A stretch of DNA of 64,000 bases from Fidelibacterota bacterium SCGC AAA160-B08 (GCA_000402755.1 AQSD01000004.1:1366-65365); one strand, 5' to 3'; numbered from the stretch's first letter, positions 45,616 to 55,775 are shown. A program made the numbers and translations. Notes: a model not told the origin generated them from the letters alone.

Positions 45616-47829
45616 ATGAAAAAGCAATTTATTCTATATATCTTATTAGCAAATTTATTTGGCCAATCATTTACAGATTTGACCGAAAGACCTACTTATA
45701 ATCCACAAAAAATTACATCACCAATTTTATTAGATGGAATGTTAGATGAGCAACAATGGCGAACAGCGCAAGTCGCAACTAATTTTATAGGAACAGAAAT
45801 ATTTCAAGGTCAACCTGCACCACTGAATACGGAAGCGAAGCTTTTGTATGATGATACCCATCTTTATGTTGGGTTTGTTGCATATGTCGATAGATCTGAT
45901 CTTCGTTTTAGTATAACAAAGAGAGATAATCTTGACGACAGAGATGATAGAGTTTTGATTAATATTGATGCGTTTGGCGATGAATCTCTAACATATGGTA
46001 TTGGAGTGAGTGCTGGTGGAGCACAAATAGATGGGCGTGCCACTTTTGGATTTGACCAATCGTTAGATTTAACATACGAAACAAAAGTAAAAATCTATGA
46101 GGATCGTTATGAAGTAGAGATGGCTATCCCATTTACAAGTCTTCGATATTCTTTAGCCTCAGCACAAACATGGCGCATAAATTTTGGTAGAGGATTCACA
46201 GGAGATGACGAATTAACTCGTTATGTATATTGGGCATCAAAGGTATCTGGAATTGAATGTCAAACTTGTCAGTTAGGATTTTTAAATGATATTCAGCCTC
46301 CAAAACAGGAAAGAGGAGATATTGAATATATTCCTTCTTTAGTAGGTGGCTATTCTGAAGACTTTACAGATAATACATCTTCATCAAATGATGAAGTTTC
46401 AATGTTTATAAAATATCCTATATCATCAGTGGATTTACTAGAAGTAGCGTTTAATCCAGATTTTAGTCAAATAGAATCAGATGATGTGCAAAATGATATT
46501 AATACTGTTAATGCGCTTTACTTTAGAGAAAAAAGACCTTTCTTTAGTGAAGGAGCAGAACTCTTTAAATTTCAAGCTGAAAGAGGATATATAAATCTGT
46601 TTTACTCTAGAACAATTAATGATCCATCGGTTGTTGCAAAATATACTGGAAAAGTTGGGAAAACCTCATACGGCGTAATAAGTGCTAGAGACGAGTCATC
46701 ATCTCTATTGTTACCTTTTGAAGAAACAAGTACTGTAATTAGTATGGGAAAAAGCTCTTCTAATATTGTTCGTTTAAAACGTATGCTTAAAAATGGTGGT
46801 TCTATTGGAGGTATTATTACAAATAGAACATTTGATAATGCTGGAGACATGACTACTGGTGGGATTGACTTTCATTACCATCCGGGTAATAATCTTCATT
46901 TGACATTGCATGGAACAGCATCGGTACATAATGAATCAAGTAATCTTGAATACAATCCAGAAGAAGAAGATATAGCATTGCAAATGATTGATGGAAATAC
47001 CACAGCATTTGACGGTGAAACAATTTCAGGTAACGCTCTCGGATTTAGTTTAAATAAAATGAATAGAACTGATAGATCTGGTATCACCCTAAGGCTCCGT
47101 TCACCTGGATTTAGAACCAGTAATGGATTTGAAAAAAATAACTCCACAAAATGGTTGAAACTCGGAAAAGGAAAGACTGTTTATTATGAGAATCATCCAT
47201 CTTTACTAAAGTTAGATTATGCTTTTGAGGGTGTTTATAAAACCAATTATGATGGATTAGTAAAAAAGAAAGAGATAGAATTTAAAACTTCTATATCTTT
47301 TGTGGATGGATCTAGTATGTCAGTAGACGTGAGCATGCAGGATGAAAACTTTAGAGGTGTTCAATTTGATGGAATGGCAAACATTCATGCCAACTATACA
47401 ACAAAATTAAATGAAAATATCAAGCTTCATGGCGGAGCTTTTATTGGAAATGAACTTATTAGATATTTAGATATTCCTGAACTCGGAGATGACCATGGAG
47501 TTTATGGTTATGTTGAATATAAGCTATCAGATGTTAGTAATTTTTCTTTAGGTCTCCAGTATGAGAATGTTAAAGATTATTATGATGGATATATCTTACA
47601 ATCAAGATTTAACCATTCTTTCTCTACTAAATTGACAATGAGAACGAAAGTTCAATATAACGGTTTTTCTAATTCATGGTTTGTTGAGCCAATGGTTACC
47701 TATCAACCCAATGCATTTAGTGCGCTATATTTTGGAGTAAATGATCTCCTAACAACGGATGATAGCATGTTCTCAAACTTAAAAGAGAGTCAAAGACAGT
47801 TCTTTATTAAATTTCAATACTTATTTTAG
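45616..47829 (+). CDS. CBM9-like + DUF5916 envelope protein
   Basis: 737 aa with a signal peptide. The N-terminal I.LDG.LDE..W..A....F........P....TE...LYDD..LYVGF pattern and long beta-rich C-terminus ending ...FIKFQYLF (aromatic terminus) match my memory of DUF5916 proteins. Confidence 0.6.
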   Translation: MKKQFILYILLANLFGQSFTDLTERPTYNPQKITSPILLDGMLDEQQWRTAQVATNFIGTEIFQGQPAPLNTEAKLLYDDTHLYVGFVAYVDRSDLRFSITKRDNLDDRDDRVLINIDAFGDESLTYGIGVSAGGAQIDGRATFGFDQSLDLTYETKVKIYEDRYEVEMAIPFTSLRYSLASAQTWRINFGRGFTGDDELTRYVYWASKVSGIECQTCQLGFLNDIQPPKQERGDIEYIPSLVGGYSEDFTDNTSSSNDEVSMFIKYPISSVDLLEVAFNPDFSQIESDDVQNDINTVNALYFREKRPFFSEGAELFKFQAERGYINLFYSRTINDPSVVAKYTGKVGKTSYGVISARDESSSLLLPFEETSTVISMGKSSSNIVRLKRMLKNGGSIGGIITNRTFDNAGDMTTGGIDFHYHPGNNLHLTLHGTASVHNESSNLEYNPEEEDIALQMIDGNTTAFDGETISGNALGFSLNKMNRTDRSGITLRLRSPGFRTSNGFEKNNSTKWLKLGKGKTVYYENHPSLLKLDYAFEGVYKTNYDGLVKKKEIEFKTSISFVDGSSMSVDVSMQDENFRGVQFDGMANIHANYTTKLNENIKLHGGAFIGNELIRYLDIPELGDDHGVYGYVEYKLSDVSNFSLGLQYENVKDYYDGYILQSRFNHSFSTKLTMRTKVQYNGFSNSWFVEPMVTYQPNAFSALYFGVNDLLTTDDSMFSNLKESQRQFFIKFQYLF

Positions 47830-47839
47830 GAGCATAAAC

Positions 47840-47908
47840 ATGAAAAAAATTATTTTAATAGCACTTTCACTAATGATTAATGGGTGTGTATCCCTTTCAC
47901 TATTTTAG
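47840..47908 (+). other. 22-codon mini-ORF encoding only a lipoprotein signal peptide (MKKIILIALSLMINGCVSLSLF*); duplicated 5' end of the next gene
   Basis: AGGAG (47828-47832) lies 7 nt upstream of ATG 47840, and the TAG is at 47906-47908. The DNA and peptide are similar to 47913-47980. It could be a gene remnant, a coupling uORF or a lipopeptide. Confidence 0.5.
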
Positions 47909-47912
47909 AATT

Positions 47913-48380
47913 ATGAAGATAAATAAAATTATTTTGATAGTAATGGCGTTATTTATTAATGGCTGTGTATCCCTGTCTATTGGAGATAAACTATCAAAAC
48001 GTGCTGTTAATAAATCTACTAATACAAGCAAGGTTGAAGCCAGTGTCTATGCATCAGAAAACACAACAATGATGGCTATTAATCATATCTTACCTGCAAA
48101 AAGTGCTGCATTTGAGATGATGAACAAAACTATCATCTTCCCTGCATTCAAACGCAATAATATTGATGTATATAATAGTTTACAATTCTTAGCTCCTGAA
48201 GGAGAAAACGAAGATGGAACATTCACTTTTGTGTATGTGGCTAACCCATATCTTGAAGACCAAAATTATGATATTTTAGATGTCTTGATAGCCGAATATG
48301 GTAGATCTAGAGCAGAAGAGTATTTTGATATCTGGTTAAGTTGTTTTGCTTATGAGCAAGAAGTAATGTCTTTTAGATGA
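47913..48380 (+). CDS. hypothetical lipoprotein
   Basis: MKINKIILIVMALFINGCVSLS lipobox. The track ORF start at 47880 has no signal logic. No SD of its own; it starts 4 nt after the mini-ORF stop. Confidence 0.6.
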   Translation: MKINKIILIVMALFINGCVSLSIGDKLSKRAVNKSTNTSKVEASVYASENTTMMAINHILPAKSAAFEMMNKTIIFPAFKRNNIDVYNSLQFLAPEGENEDGTFTFVYVANPYLEDQNYDILDVLIAEYGRSRAEEYFDIWLSCFAYEQEVMSFR

Positions 48381-49090
48381 TAAAATCATACCTTTTTGGT
48401 CTATTCTATATTAAATTTTCTTCAATGAGAGCAATACAAACTTTTTTCACTCTATGTCTTGGCATGCAATTGCTTGTTGCTCAAAACGTTGAAATAGAGC
48501 CAGATCGTCCTGGTACTGATAATTATCAAGAAAGAAGTAGGGCAAATCTGAGATCGGAATCAATTGTAAATATATATTCCAATATTGCTGTTGCCGATGT
48601 ACATGTTTGGAATTTGCCATGGCAATCATCAGAAAGAACATTTCCAGCTAAAATAGCCTTACCAACAGACAATCAACGCTATATTATTAGTTTATATACA
48701 CAGGCAGAATTTCAAGCAATTACTCAAGAATTACAGACATTTGATTTTGACTCGAGAGATATTGAAGAATTTGAATTATTACAAGATCAATTTGCAAGAA
48801 TGGAACTAGCAACAAAGTATGTACGTCCTATTCCGGGAACAGATGCGTCCGTTTTTTTAACACATTGTTCAAGCGATGATTTAGATTGCGAAAAAGGTAT
48901 GCATTGGTTAGATCAATTTTATGCGCATTATTATGACGCAAAACAAGAACAAAATCTTGTATCAGACTTAAATGGTTCTGATTTAACAGAAGAAGAAAAA
49001 TTTTTAGTTAGACGACATCGCTTAGGTGTCTTTAGTATGGTTAGTTTGTTTTCAATGGTCATGTTCGTGATAGATAGTAACGTTCAGTGA
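48377..49090 (+). CDS. hypothetical protein with N-terminal signal-like and C-terminal TM segments
   Basis: 237 aa, ATGA overlap with the upstream gene. An alternative start is ATG 48425 (MRAIQTFFTLCLGMQLLVAQN). No family recognised. Confidence 0.5.
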   Translation: MIKSYLFGLFYIKFSSMRAIQTFFTLCLGMQLLVAQNVEIEPDRPGTDNYQERSRANLRSESIVNIYSNIAVADVHVWNLPWQSSERTFPAKIALPTDNQRYIISLYTQAEFQAITQELQTFDFDSRDIEEFELLQDQFARMELATKYVRPIPGTDASVFLTHCSSDDLDCEKGMHWLDQFYAHYYDAKQEQNLVSDLNGSDLTEEEKFLVRRHRLGVFSMVSLFSMVMFVIDSNVQ

Positions 49091-51027
49091 CAAACATTTC
49101 TATTAATATCGTCGGTATTGGTACTGAAACTTATCCAAGCGGAATAACTCCATTAGAAATACTTTCTTCAGCCAAAGGAGTATCAAAAGATACTTTAATT
49201 TGTAAAGTAGATAAAGTTCTTACTGACTTAAGCGCATCACTGACTAGTGACGCCACTGTTCAATTTCTTGATGGGAAAAGCAAAGATGGCCATAATGTAT
49301 TATTGCATAGTACTGCTCACTTAATGGCTCAGGCAGCTAAAAGATTATATCCTAAGACTAAAGTTACTATTGGGCCATATTTAGAGAACAGATTCTATTA
49401 TGATTTTGATGTAGAAACTCCTTTTACAGATGAAGATTTACTAAAAATTGAACATGAGATGCTAAAAATATCTGAAGAAAATTTAGATATTGTACATCAT
49501 GTGAAATCAAGAAAAGATGCATTGAATTTTTTTAAAGAAATAGGCGAAGATTATAAGGTTGAAATTATTAATGATTTAGATGAATCTGAGGTTCTTAAGG
49601 TGTATACTCAGGGAGATTTTACTGATCTTTGTAGAGGTCCACACGTTCCATCTACCGGTCTAATTCAGCATTTTAAACTATTGTCATCTTCAGCAGCTTA
49701 TTGGAGAGGGGATGAAAATAATCAAACCTTACAACGTATATACGGCACCTCCTTTACTAACGCCAAAGATCTTAAAAAATATTTACTAATGCTCGAAGAG
49801 CAGAAGAAGAGGGATCATCGTAAAATTGGAAAAGAATTAGATTTATACTTTCATGATGAAGAGGTAGGTCCTGGATTACCTTTATGGACTCCAAATGGAG
49901 CTGTTATGATTGATGAATTAGAGGCTCTCGCAAAAGAAAAAGAAGACTTAGGGGGTTATAAGAGGGTAAGAACTCCCCATATCACTAAAGGTTCCCTGTA
50001 CGAGAAGTCAGGTCACTTAGAACATTATAGATCAAGTATGTATCCAGCAATGGACGTAGATGGCACTGATTATTACATGAAACCAATGAATTGTCCTCAT
50101 CATCATAAAATATATGCAAATACACCTAAAAGTTATCGTGACTTACCATATCGTTTATCAGAATATGGAACATGTTATCGATATGAAAAATCAGGTGAAT
50201 TATTTGGGCTCATGCGAGTTAGGAGTATGCAAATGAATGATGCGCATATCTATTGTACTGAAGATCAGTTTAAAGAGGAATTTATAGCTGTATGTAATAT
50301 GTATATGGAATATTTTAAAATTTTTGGAATAGAAAAGTATGAGATGCGATTAAGTCTTCATGATCCTAAAGATCTTGGTAAAAAGTATATAAACAATCCT
50401 AAGCTTTGGAAAAAAACAGAAGATGATGTAAGGAATGCTTTAGTTGATGCTGGGTTAAAATTTACTGAATCTGTTGGAGATGCTGCATTTTATGGTCCAA
50501 AAATAGATGTTCAAGTTTGGAGTGCCATAGGTAAAGAGTTTAGTTTGGCTACCAATCAAGTAGATTTTGCAGTCCCTGAGCGTTTTAATCTGACCTATAA
50601 AGATGCAGATGGTCATTCTAAAACTCCACTATGTATCCACAGAGCTCCATTAGGTACACATGAACGATTTATTGGATTCCTTATTGAGCATTTTGGTGGA
50701 AACTTTCCATTGTGGCTTGCTCCAAGACAAGTAACTATTCTTCCTGTTTCTGACAAATTCAATGATTATGCGCATAGTGTATGCGAATCATTAAAATCTC
50801 ATGGGATTAGAGTTGATTTAGATAGTCGATCAGAAAAAATTGGTTCAAAGATTAGAGATGCGGAAATGCAGAAAGTGAATATTATGGTAATCGTAGGTGA
50901 GAAAGAAGTTGAAGATAGCACCCTTACCATTAGAAGAAGATTTATTAAACAACAACAAACTGTTTCATTGGAAGATTTTTCTGATGAAATCATAAATGAA
51001 ATAAACGATAGGAGAGTACCGAATTAA
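49087..51027 (+). CDS. thrS: threonine--tRNA ligase
   Basis: 646 aa, GTG start (GTGA overlap). TGS domain, editing-domain HSTAHL, class II motifs (RVRTPH; FRYE.SG; GFLIEH), and an anticodon-binding domain. Confidence 0.95.
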   Translation: MTNISINIVGIGTETYPSGITPLEILSSAKGVSKDTLICKVDKVLTDLSASLTSDATVQFLDGKSKDGHNVLLHSTAHLMAQAAKRLYPKTKVTIGPYLENRFYYDFDVETPFTDEDLLKIEHEMLKISEENLDIVHHVKSRKDALNFFKEIGEDYKVEIINDLDESEVLKVYTQGDFTDLCRGPHVPSTGLIQHFKLLSSSAAYWRGDENNQTLQRIYGTSFTNAKDLKKYLLMLEEQKKRDHRKIGKELDLYFHDEEVGPGLPLWTPNGAVMIDELEALAKEKEDLGGYKRVRTPHITKGSLYEKSGHLEHYRSSMYPAMDVDGTDYYMKPMNCPHHHKIYANTPKSYRDLPYRLSEYGTCYRYEKSGELFGLMRVRSMQMNDAHIYCTEDQFKEEFIAVCNMYMEYFKIFGIEKYEMRLSLHDPKDLGKKYINNPKLWKKTEDDVRNALVDAGLKFTESVGDAAFYGPKIDVQVWSAIGKEFSLATNQVDFAVPERFNLTYKDADGHSKTPLCIHRAPLGTHERFIGFLIEHFGGNFPLWLAPRQVTILPVSDKFNDYAHSVCESLKSHGIRVDLDSRSEKIGSKIRDAEMQKVNIMVIVGEKEVEDSTLTIRRRFIKQQQTVSLEDFSDEIINEINDRRVPN

Positions 51028-51532
51028 AACAAAGAGAATAAGAGTAAATAACCGTATTTATGCTGATAAAATCAGATTGATAGGTCACGACAAAGAACAA
51101 ATAGGAATTGTAACGGTTCCAGAAGCATTAAACAGAGCGGAAGACGTAGGTTTAGATCTTGTAGAAATTTCACCTAATGCAAAACCGCCCGTATGTAAAA
51201 TTATGGATTTCGGCAAATTCAAGTATGAAGAAAAAAAGAAAGCACAACAAAGTCGAAAAAATCATCAAGTTATAAAAGTAAAAGAATTAAGAATGAGACC
51301 TAACATTGGAGACCATGACTTAGAAAATAAACTAAAAATGGGAAAAAAGTTTTTAAGTGAAGGTTACAAACTAAAGCTTACTTTGATGTATAGAGGTAGA
51401 GAGATGTCACGTCAAGATTTAGGTCAAGACTTATTAACCAGAGTTTTGTCGTCATTAAGTGAGCATGCACAGATGGAAAAAGATTCTCCTTTGATGGGAC
51501 GAAAGAAATCTATAATATTGGCTCCGAAATAG
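51023..51532 (+). CDS. infC: translation initiation factor IF-3 (AUU start)
   Basis: Conserved N-terminal residues KRIRVNNRIYADKIRLIG lie upstream of the first canonical start (TTG 51077). In-frame ATT at 51023 is preceded by AGGAG (51010-51014). There is an in-frame stop at 51002. Confidence 0.85.
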   Translation: MKTKRIRVNNRIYADKIRLIGHDKEQIGIVTVPEALNRAEDVGLDLVEISPNAKPPVCKIMDFGKFKYEEKKKAQQSRKNHQVIKVKELRMRPNIGDHDLENKLKMGKKFLSEGYKLKLTLMYRGREMSRQDLGQDLLTRVLSSLSEHAQMEKDSPLMGRKKSIILAPK

Positions 51533-51540
51533 GAAATATT

Positions 51541-51738
51541 ATGCCAAAGATGAAAACAAGAAAAAGTGTATCAAAAAGATTTAAAGTTACTGCTTCAGGT
51601 AAACTGAAACGTAATAAAGCAGGACACTCACATATGTTAATCCGTAGGGATGGAGATGTGAAGCGTTCAGCTAAAAAAGCGACAGTAGTAGCACCGTCTT
51701 TTGAGAAGCGTATGAAAAAAATGATGGGGAAAATATAA
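51541..51738 (+). CDS. rpmI: 50S ribosomal protein L35
   Basis: 65 aa starting MPKMKT+KS..KRFK.T..GK.KR, typical of L35. Confidence 0.95.
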   Translation: MPKMKTRKSVSKRFKVTASGKLKRNKAGHSHMLIRRDGDVKRSAKKATVVAPSFEKRMKKMMGKI

Positions 51739-51741
51739 GTT

Positions 51742-52092
51742 ATGCCAAGGTCCAATAGTTCAGTCCCAAGACATAGAAGACATCGCAAAACTGTTAAGTT
51801 AGCGAAAGGTTATTTCGGAGCAAGAAGCCGATTATATAAATCTGCAAAAGACGCAGTGGTTAAAGCTGGATTATATGCTTATAGAGATAGAAGGCAGAAA
51901 AAACGTCAATTTAGACGTCTATGGATCGTACGTATTAATGCAGCATCAAGATTAAATGGTTTATCATATTCAAATTTTGTACATTTATTGAAGGAGAAGG
52001 GTGTCGTTTTAGATAGAAAGATTTTAGCTCATTTAGCAGTTAATAATCCATCTGTCTTTGAAGACCTTGTAAAATATTTAAAGAAAAAATAA
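51742..52092 (+). CDS. rplT: 50S ribosomal protein L20
   Basis: 116 aa with MPR...........KLAKGY.G.R, YRDRR.KKR.FR.LWI.RINAA. Confidence 0.95.
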   Translation: MPRSNSSVPRHRRHRKTVKLAKGYFGARSRLYKSAKDAVVKAGLYAYRDRRQKKRQFRRLWIVRINAASRLNGLSYSNFVHLLKEKGVVLDRKILAHLAVNNPSVFEDLVKYLKKK

Positions 52093-52100
52093 AAATAAAG

Positions 52101-53090
52101 ATGTCACTAGATAACACTATCAAAGAAATTCAGACATCTTTCCGCTCAGATTTATCTAACTGCAAAACAACTACTGACCTCGAAAATATCCGCATTACCT
52201 ACCTAGGAAGAAAAGGTAAGATTACTATTCTATTTGATGACTTCGCAAAACTACCTGGATCTGAAAAACCTAAGTACGGAAAAGCATTAAATGTCTTAAA
52301 GACGGATTTAACTATCGCCTTTAATCAAAAAATGAATGAATTGAATCCTAATAGTAGTGGATCCAATAACAATTCAGCAGATTTTTCATTACCTGGATAT
52401 GACTTACCAAAAGGAAGTTTGCATCCATTAGAGCAAATTACGAGTGAGATAAAATCAATTTTCCAATCTGTTGGGTTTTCTGTTGCATATGGACCTGAAA
52501 TTGATGATGATTATCATAATTTTGAAGCATTGAACGTTCCAAAACATCATCCTGCAAGAGATATGCAAGATACTTTCTTTATTGACCCTAATACGGTATT
52601 AAGAACCCATACTTCAAATGTTCAGATTCACTTAATGGAGAATCAAGATCCACCTATTCGTCATATTTGTTGTGGACGGGTCTTTAGAAATGAAGCAGTG
52701 AGCTATAAAAGCTTTTGCTTATTTAATCAAGTTGAAGGTTTGGTCGTAAATGAATCGTCTTCTTTCGCAGAAATGAAAGGTACTTTAGAATATTTTGTTG
52801 AAGAGATGTTTGGAAAAGGTACAAAAATGCGATTTAGACCAAGTTATTTTCCATTTACCGAACCAAGTGCTGAAGTAGATATATGGAATGATAAACTTAA
52901 TCAATGGATGGAAATCTTAGGTTGCGGTATGGTAAACCCAAATGTTCTTGCAAATGTTGGGTATGACAATAAAAAATATCAGGGATTTGCTTTTGGAATG
53001 GGCATAGAGCGTATTGCAATGATTAAATATGGAATTAAAGATATTCGTTTATTCTATCAGAATGACAAACGATTTTTGGAGCAATTTTAA
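52101..53090 (+). CDS. pheS: phenylalanine--tRNA ligase alpha subunit
   Basis: 329 aa with HP......DTFF, LRTHTS, GRVFR.E, FRPSYFPFTEPS and GMGIERIAM. Confidence 0.95.
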   Translation: MSLDNTIKEIQTSFRSDLSNCKTTTDLENIRITYLGRKGKITILFDDFAKLPGSEKPKYGKALNVLKTDLTIAFNQKMNELNPNSSGSNNNSADFSLPGYDLPKGSLHPLEQITSEIKSIFQSVGFSVAYGPEIDDDYHNFEALNVPKHHPARDMQDTFFIDPNTVLRTHTSNVQIHLMENQDPPIRHICCGRVFRNEAVSYKSFCLFNQVEGLVVNESSSFAEMKGTLEYFVEEMFGKGTKMRFRPSYFPFTEPSAEVDIWNDKLNQWMEILGCGMVNPNVLANVGYDNKKYQGFAFGMGIERIAMIKYGIKDIRLFYQNDKRFLEQF

Positions 53091-55468
53091 TGAAAGTTTC
53101 TCTATCATGGCTTAAGCGATTTGTCGACTTTGAATATTCTTCATCTGAGCTCGCAGATAAACTAACTATGCAAGGATTTGAATCTGAAGTAGTTACAGAC
53201 TTTAGCTCACTTCAGCATATTGTTGTAGGAGAGGTTAAATCTGCCGAAAAACATCCAGATGCTGATAAACTGAAGGTTTGCACGGTTACAGATGGAAACG
53301 ACTCATATAACGTTGTTTGTGGCGCACCTAATGTTGACAAAGGTCAAAAAATTGTATTTGCTAAGGTAGGCGCTGTATTACCTGGAGATTTTAAAATTGG
53401 AAAAGCAAAAATTAGAGGTGTTGAAAGTTTTGGAATGATTTGCTCTGAAAGAGAGCTGGGGATATCGGAAGAACATGACGGTATTATGGTTTTAGATCAT
53501 TCTTGCGAGGTTGGTGTAAATATTGATTCAATCTTAGGGGAAGCATATGACGCTATTGATGTAGAAATTACTCCAGATAAAGCATTCGCATTAAGTCATC
53601 GTGGTATTGCAAGAGAAGTTGCTGCTATGTCAGGCGCTAAGCTTAAAACTCCAATCGAAGTATCAAAGATTACGTCTAAAGGAAAAGATCTTATCAAGGT
53701 ATCATTAGACAAAGATGGTGGATGTACTCGCTATATTGCAGGTACAATGAAAAACCTTACGGTTGGACCATCGCCTAAATGGCTTACAGACTACTTAAAG
53801 TCTGTGGGACAAAAGAGTATCAACAATCTAGTTGATATATCAAATTTTATGTTATTAGAAATTGGACATCCAACACATATTTTTGATTTAAATAAGTTGT
53901 CAAAACCTACTATTGAAGTAAAATGGGCTAAAAAAGGTGAAAAATTTGATGCATTAGACGAAGAATCATACAAATTAGATACCGATCATCTAATTATCAC
54001 GGACTCTGTAAATACTATTGCTCTAGCAGGAATCATTGGAGGAAAAGATAGTGCTGTATCAGAGACAACAACTGAAGTCTTGATTGAGAGCGCTTACTTT
54101 AATCCGGTTGTTATAAGAAAAGGGTCTAAAAAATTAAATTTATTATCTGAGGCATCTAGACGTTTTGAAAGAGGAGCAGATCCTGAGGCAACTCTAGAAG
54201 CTTTTTACATGATTGTAGGTCTTATGACTGAAGTAGCGGGAGGTACGTTAGAATCGCTTATTACAGATGAATCTACTATCGATACTACTTTGCATAAGGT
54301 TTCTTTATCAGAAGACAAGCTCTTAAAATATACAGGGCAGGAAATAGATTCTAAATCTGTTGGTTCAATACTTGATGGATTGTATATCGGTTACGATAAA
54401 TCAAAAACAGGTTGGGATTGTACCATTCCATCTTTCAGACATGACGTAGTACATGAAACAGATCTTATAGAAGAGGTTTTACGTTGCTATGGTTATGAAA
54501 ATATTAAATCTTCGTATAGTTTTTCATCTCAAATGCAATATGCCAATGATGAAGAACAGCCATTATTTGAACTAAAGCAGTACCTATCATCTTTAGGATT
54601 CAACCAATGTTATAATAATTCATTGCAAGATATCGAGGAGGTTAAGGCTTTCGGTATTACTCCTGTATCCGTTATGAACCCATCTTCAGAAAGAATGAAT
54701 ACATTACGTACAACTCTTCATCGTGGTTTATTAGAGAATTTAGATTTTAATTTCAAGAATGGTTCAGCCAATACATTGATTTATGAGCATGGAACTGTGT
54801 TTGAGAAAAAAGGAGATACCTTAAAAGATATTGATCAAGTGAGTAATTTCTCCTGTCTAATACATGGAAATTTCTATGATAAGAGTGTTCACTTTGATGG
54901 AGTAGAAAATAATTTCTTCTTATTAAAGGGAATAGCAACGAACGCATTTCAAACCCTTACTAAAGCTAAAGTTAAGTTTGTAGAAGATAAGAGTTCGTAT
55001 TGCGACATATTTTATCGTATTGTTGATAACAAAAAGAATACTGTAGGCTCTATAGGGGTTATAGCAGGTTCTTTTCTTGATAAGCTAGATATTGCACATA
55101 AGACGGATGTTTGTGTTATGGATATTAATACAACCTTCTTTACGGAGCATTTTAATCATAGCGTTAAAGTAAAAGATATTATTTTATACCCTGTAGTTAC
55201 TAGGGATTTAAATTTTAAGCTAGATAGCGGTGCTAATCTAGGCGAAGTATGTTCTGCTATGAAATCGGTAAATCAATCAATATTACAAGATGTATGGCCT
55301 GTTGATATTTATCAATCGAAAGAAGAGAAAAGTAAGAAGAATGTACTATTCAAGCTATCATTTCAAAACATTAAGAAAACACTTGAAGATAATGAGGTAA
55401 ATGCAATTATTACAGAAATTATAAGCATTGTTACAAAGAAATTTAATGCTAAATTAAGGGATAATTAA
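53090..55468 (+). CDS. pheT: phenylalanine--tRNA ligase beta subunit
   Basis: 792 aa starting MKVSLSWLK. tRNA-binding OB domain (HPDADKL.VC.V), then B3/4, B5 (FRHD) and FDX-ACB C-terminal domains. Confidence 0.95.
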   Translation: MKVSLSWLKRFVDFEYSSSELADKLTMQGFESEVVTDFSSLQHIVVGEVKSAEKHPDADKLKVCTVTDGNDSYNVVCGAPNVDKGQKIVFAKVGAVLPGDFKIGKAKIRGVESFGMICSERELGISEEHDGIMVLDHSCEVGVNIDSILGEAYDAIDVEITPDKAFALSHRGIAREVAAMSGAKLKTPIEVSKITSKGKDLIKVSLDKDGGCTRYIAGTMKNLTVGPSPKWLTDYLKSVGQKSINNLVDISNFMLLEIGHPTHIFDLNKLSKPTIEVKWAKKGEKFDALDEESYKLDTDHLIITDSVNTIALAGIIGGKDSAVSETTTEVLIESAYFNPVVIRKGSKKLNLLSEASRRFERGADPEATLEAFYMIVGLMTEVAGGTLESLITDESTIDTTLHKVSLSEDKLLKYTGQEIDSKSVGSILDGLYIGYDKSKTGWDCTIPSFRHDVVHETDLIEEVLRCYGYENIKSSYSFSSQMQYANDEEQPLFELKQYLSSLGFNQCYNNSLQDIEEVKAFGITPVSVMNPSSERMNTLRTTLHRGLLENLDFNFKNGSANTLIYEHGTVFEKKGDTLKDIDQVSNFSCLIHGNFYDKSVHFDGVENNFFLLKGIATNAFQTLTKAKVKFVEDKSSYCDIFYRIVDNKKNTVGSIGVIAGSFLDKLDIAHKTDVCVMDINTTFFTEHFNHSVKVKDIILYPVVTRDLNFKLDSGANLGEVCSAMKSVNQSILQDVWPVDIYQSKEEKSKKNVLFKLSFQNIKKTLEDNEVNAIITEIISIVTKKFNAKLRDN

Positions 55469-55481
55469 TAGGAAGATAGCT

Positions 55482-55775
55482 ATGGAAGATTCAGAAAAAA
55501 AAGTTGTAAAAGTTAGAATTTTTGGTCAAGAATACTCTATCCGAGCTACCGTTAACGAAGATCACATAAGAGAATGTGCTGCGTTGGTAGATAGAAAGAT
55601 GGCTGAAATTCAAAGATCAGCACCTTCATCCTTAAATGCATCTAAGATAGCTATTTTAGCTGCAATGAACATCTCTGATGAATTGATGAGCGCACAAAGA
55701 GGAGAATACTCCTTTAAAGGCGAAGTAGAATCAAAGATTAAGTCTTTGGTTGAACGTATTGAAGAAATAGTTTAA
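55482..55775 (+). CDS. zapA: cell division protein ZapA
   Basis: 97 aa. V.+V.IFGQEY.I........I...A..VD.KM.EI....P.....+IA.L.A+NI..EL is typical of ZapA. Confidence 0.8.
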   Translation: MEDSEKKVVKVRIFGQEYSIRATVNEDHIRECAALVDRKMAEIQRSAPSSLNASKIAILAAMNISDELMSAQRGEYSFKGEVESKIKSLVERIEEIV

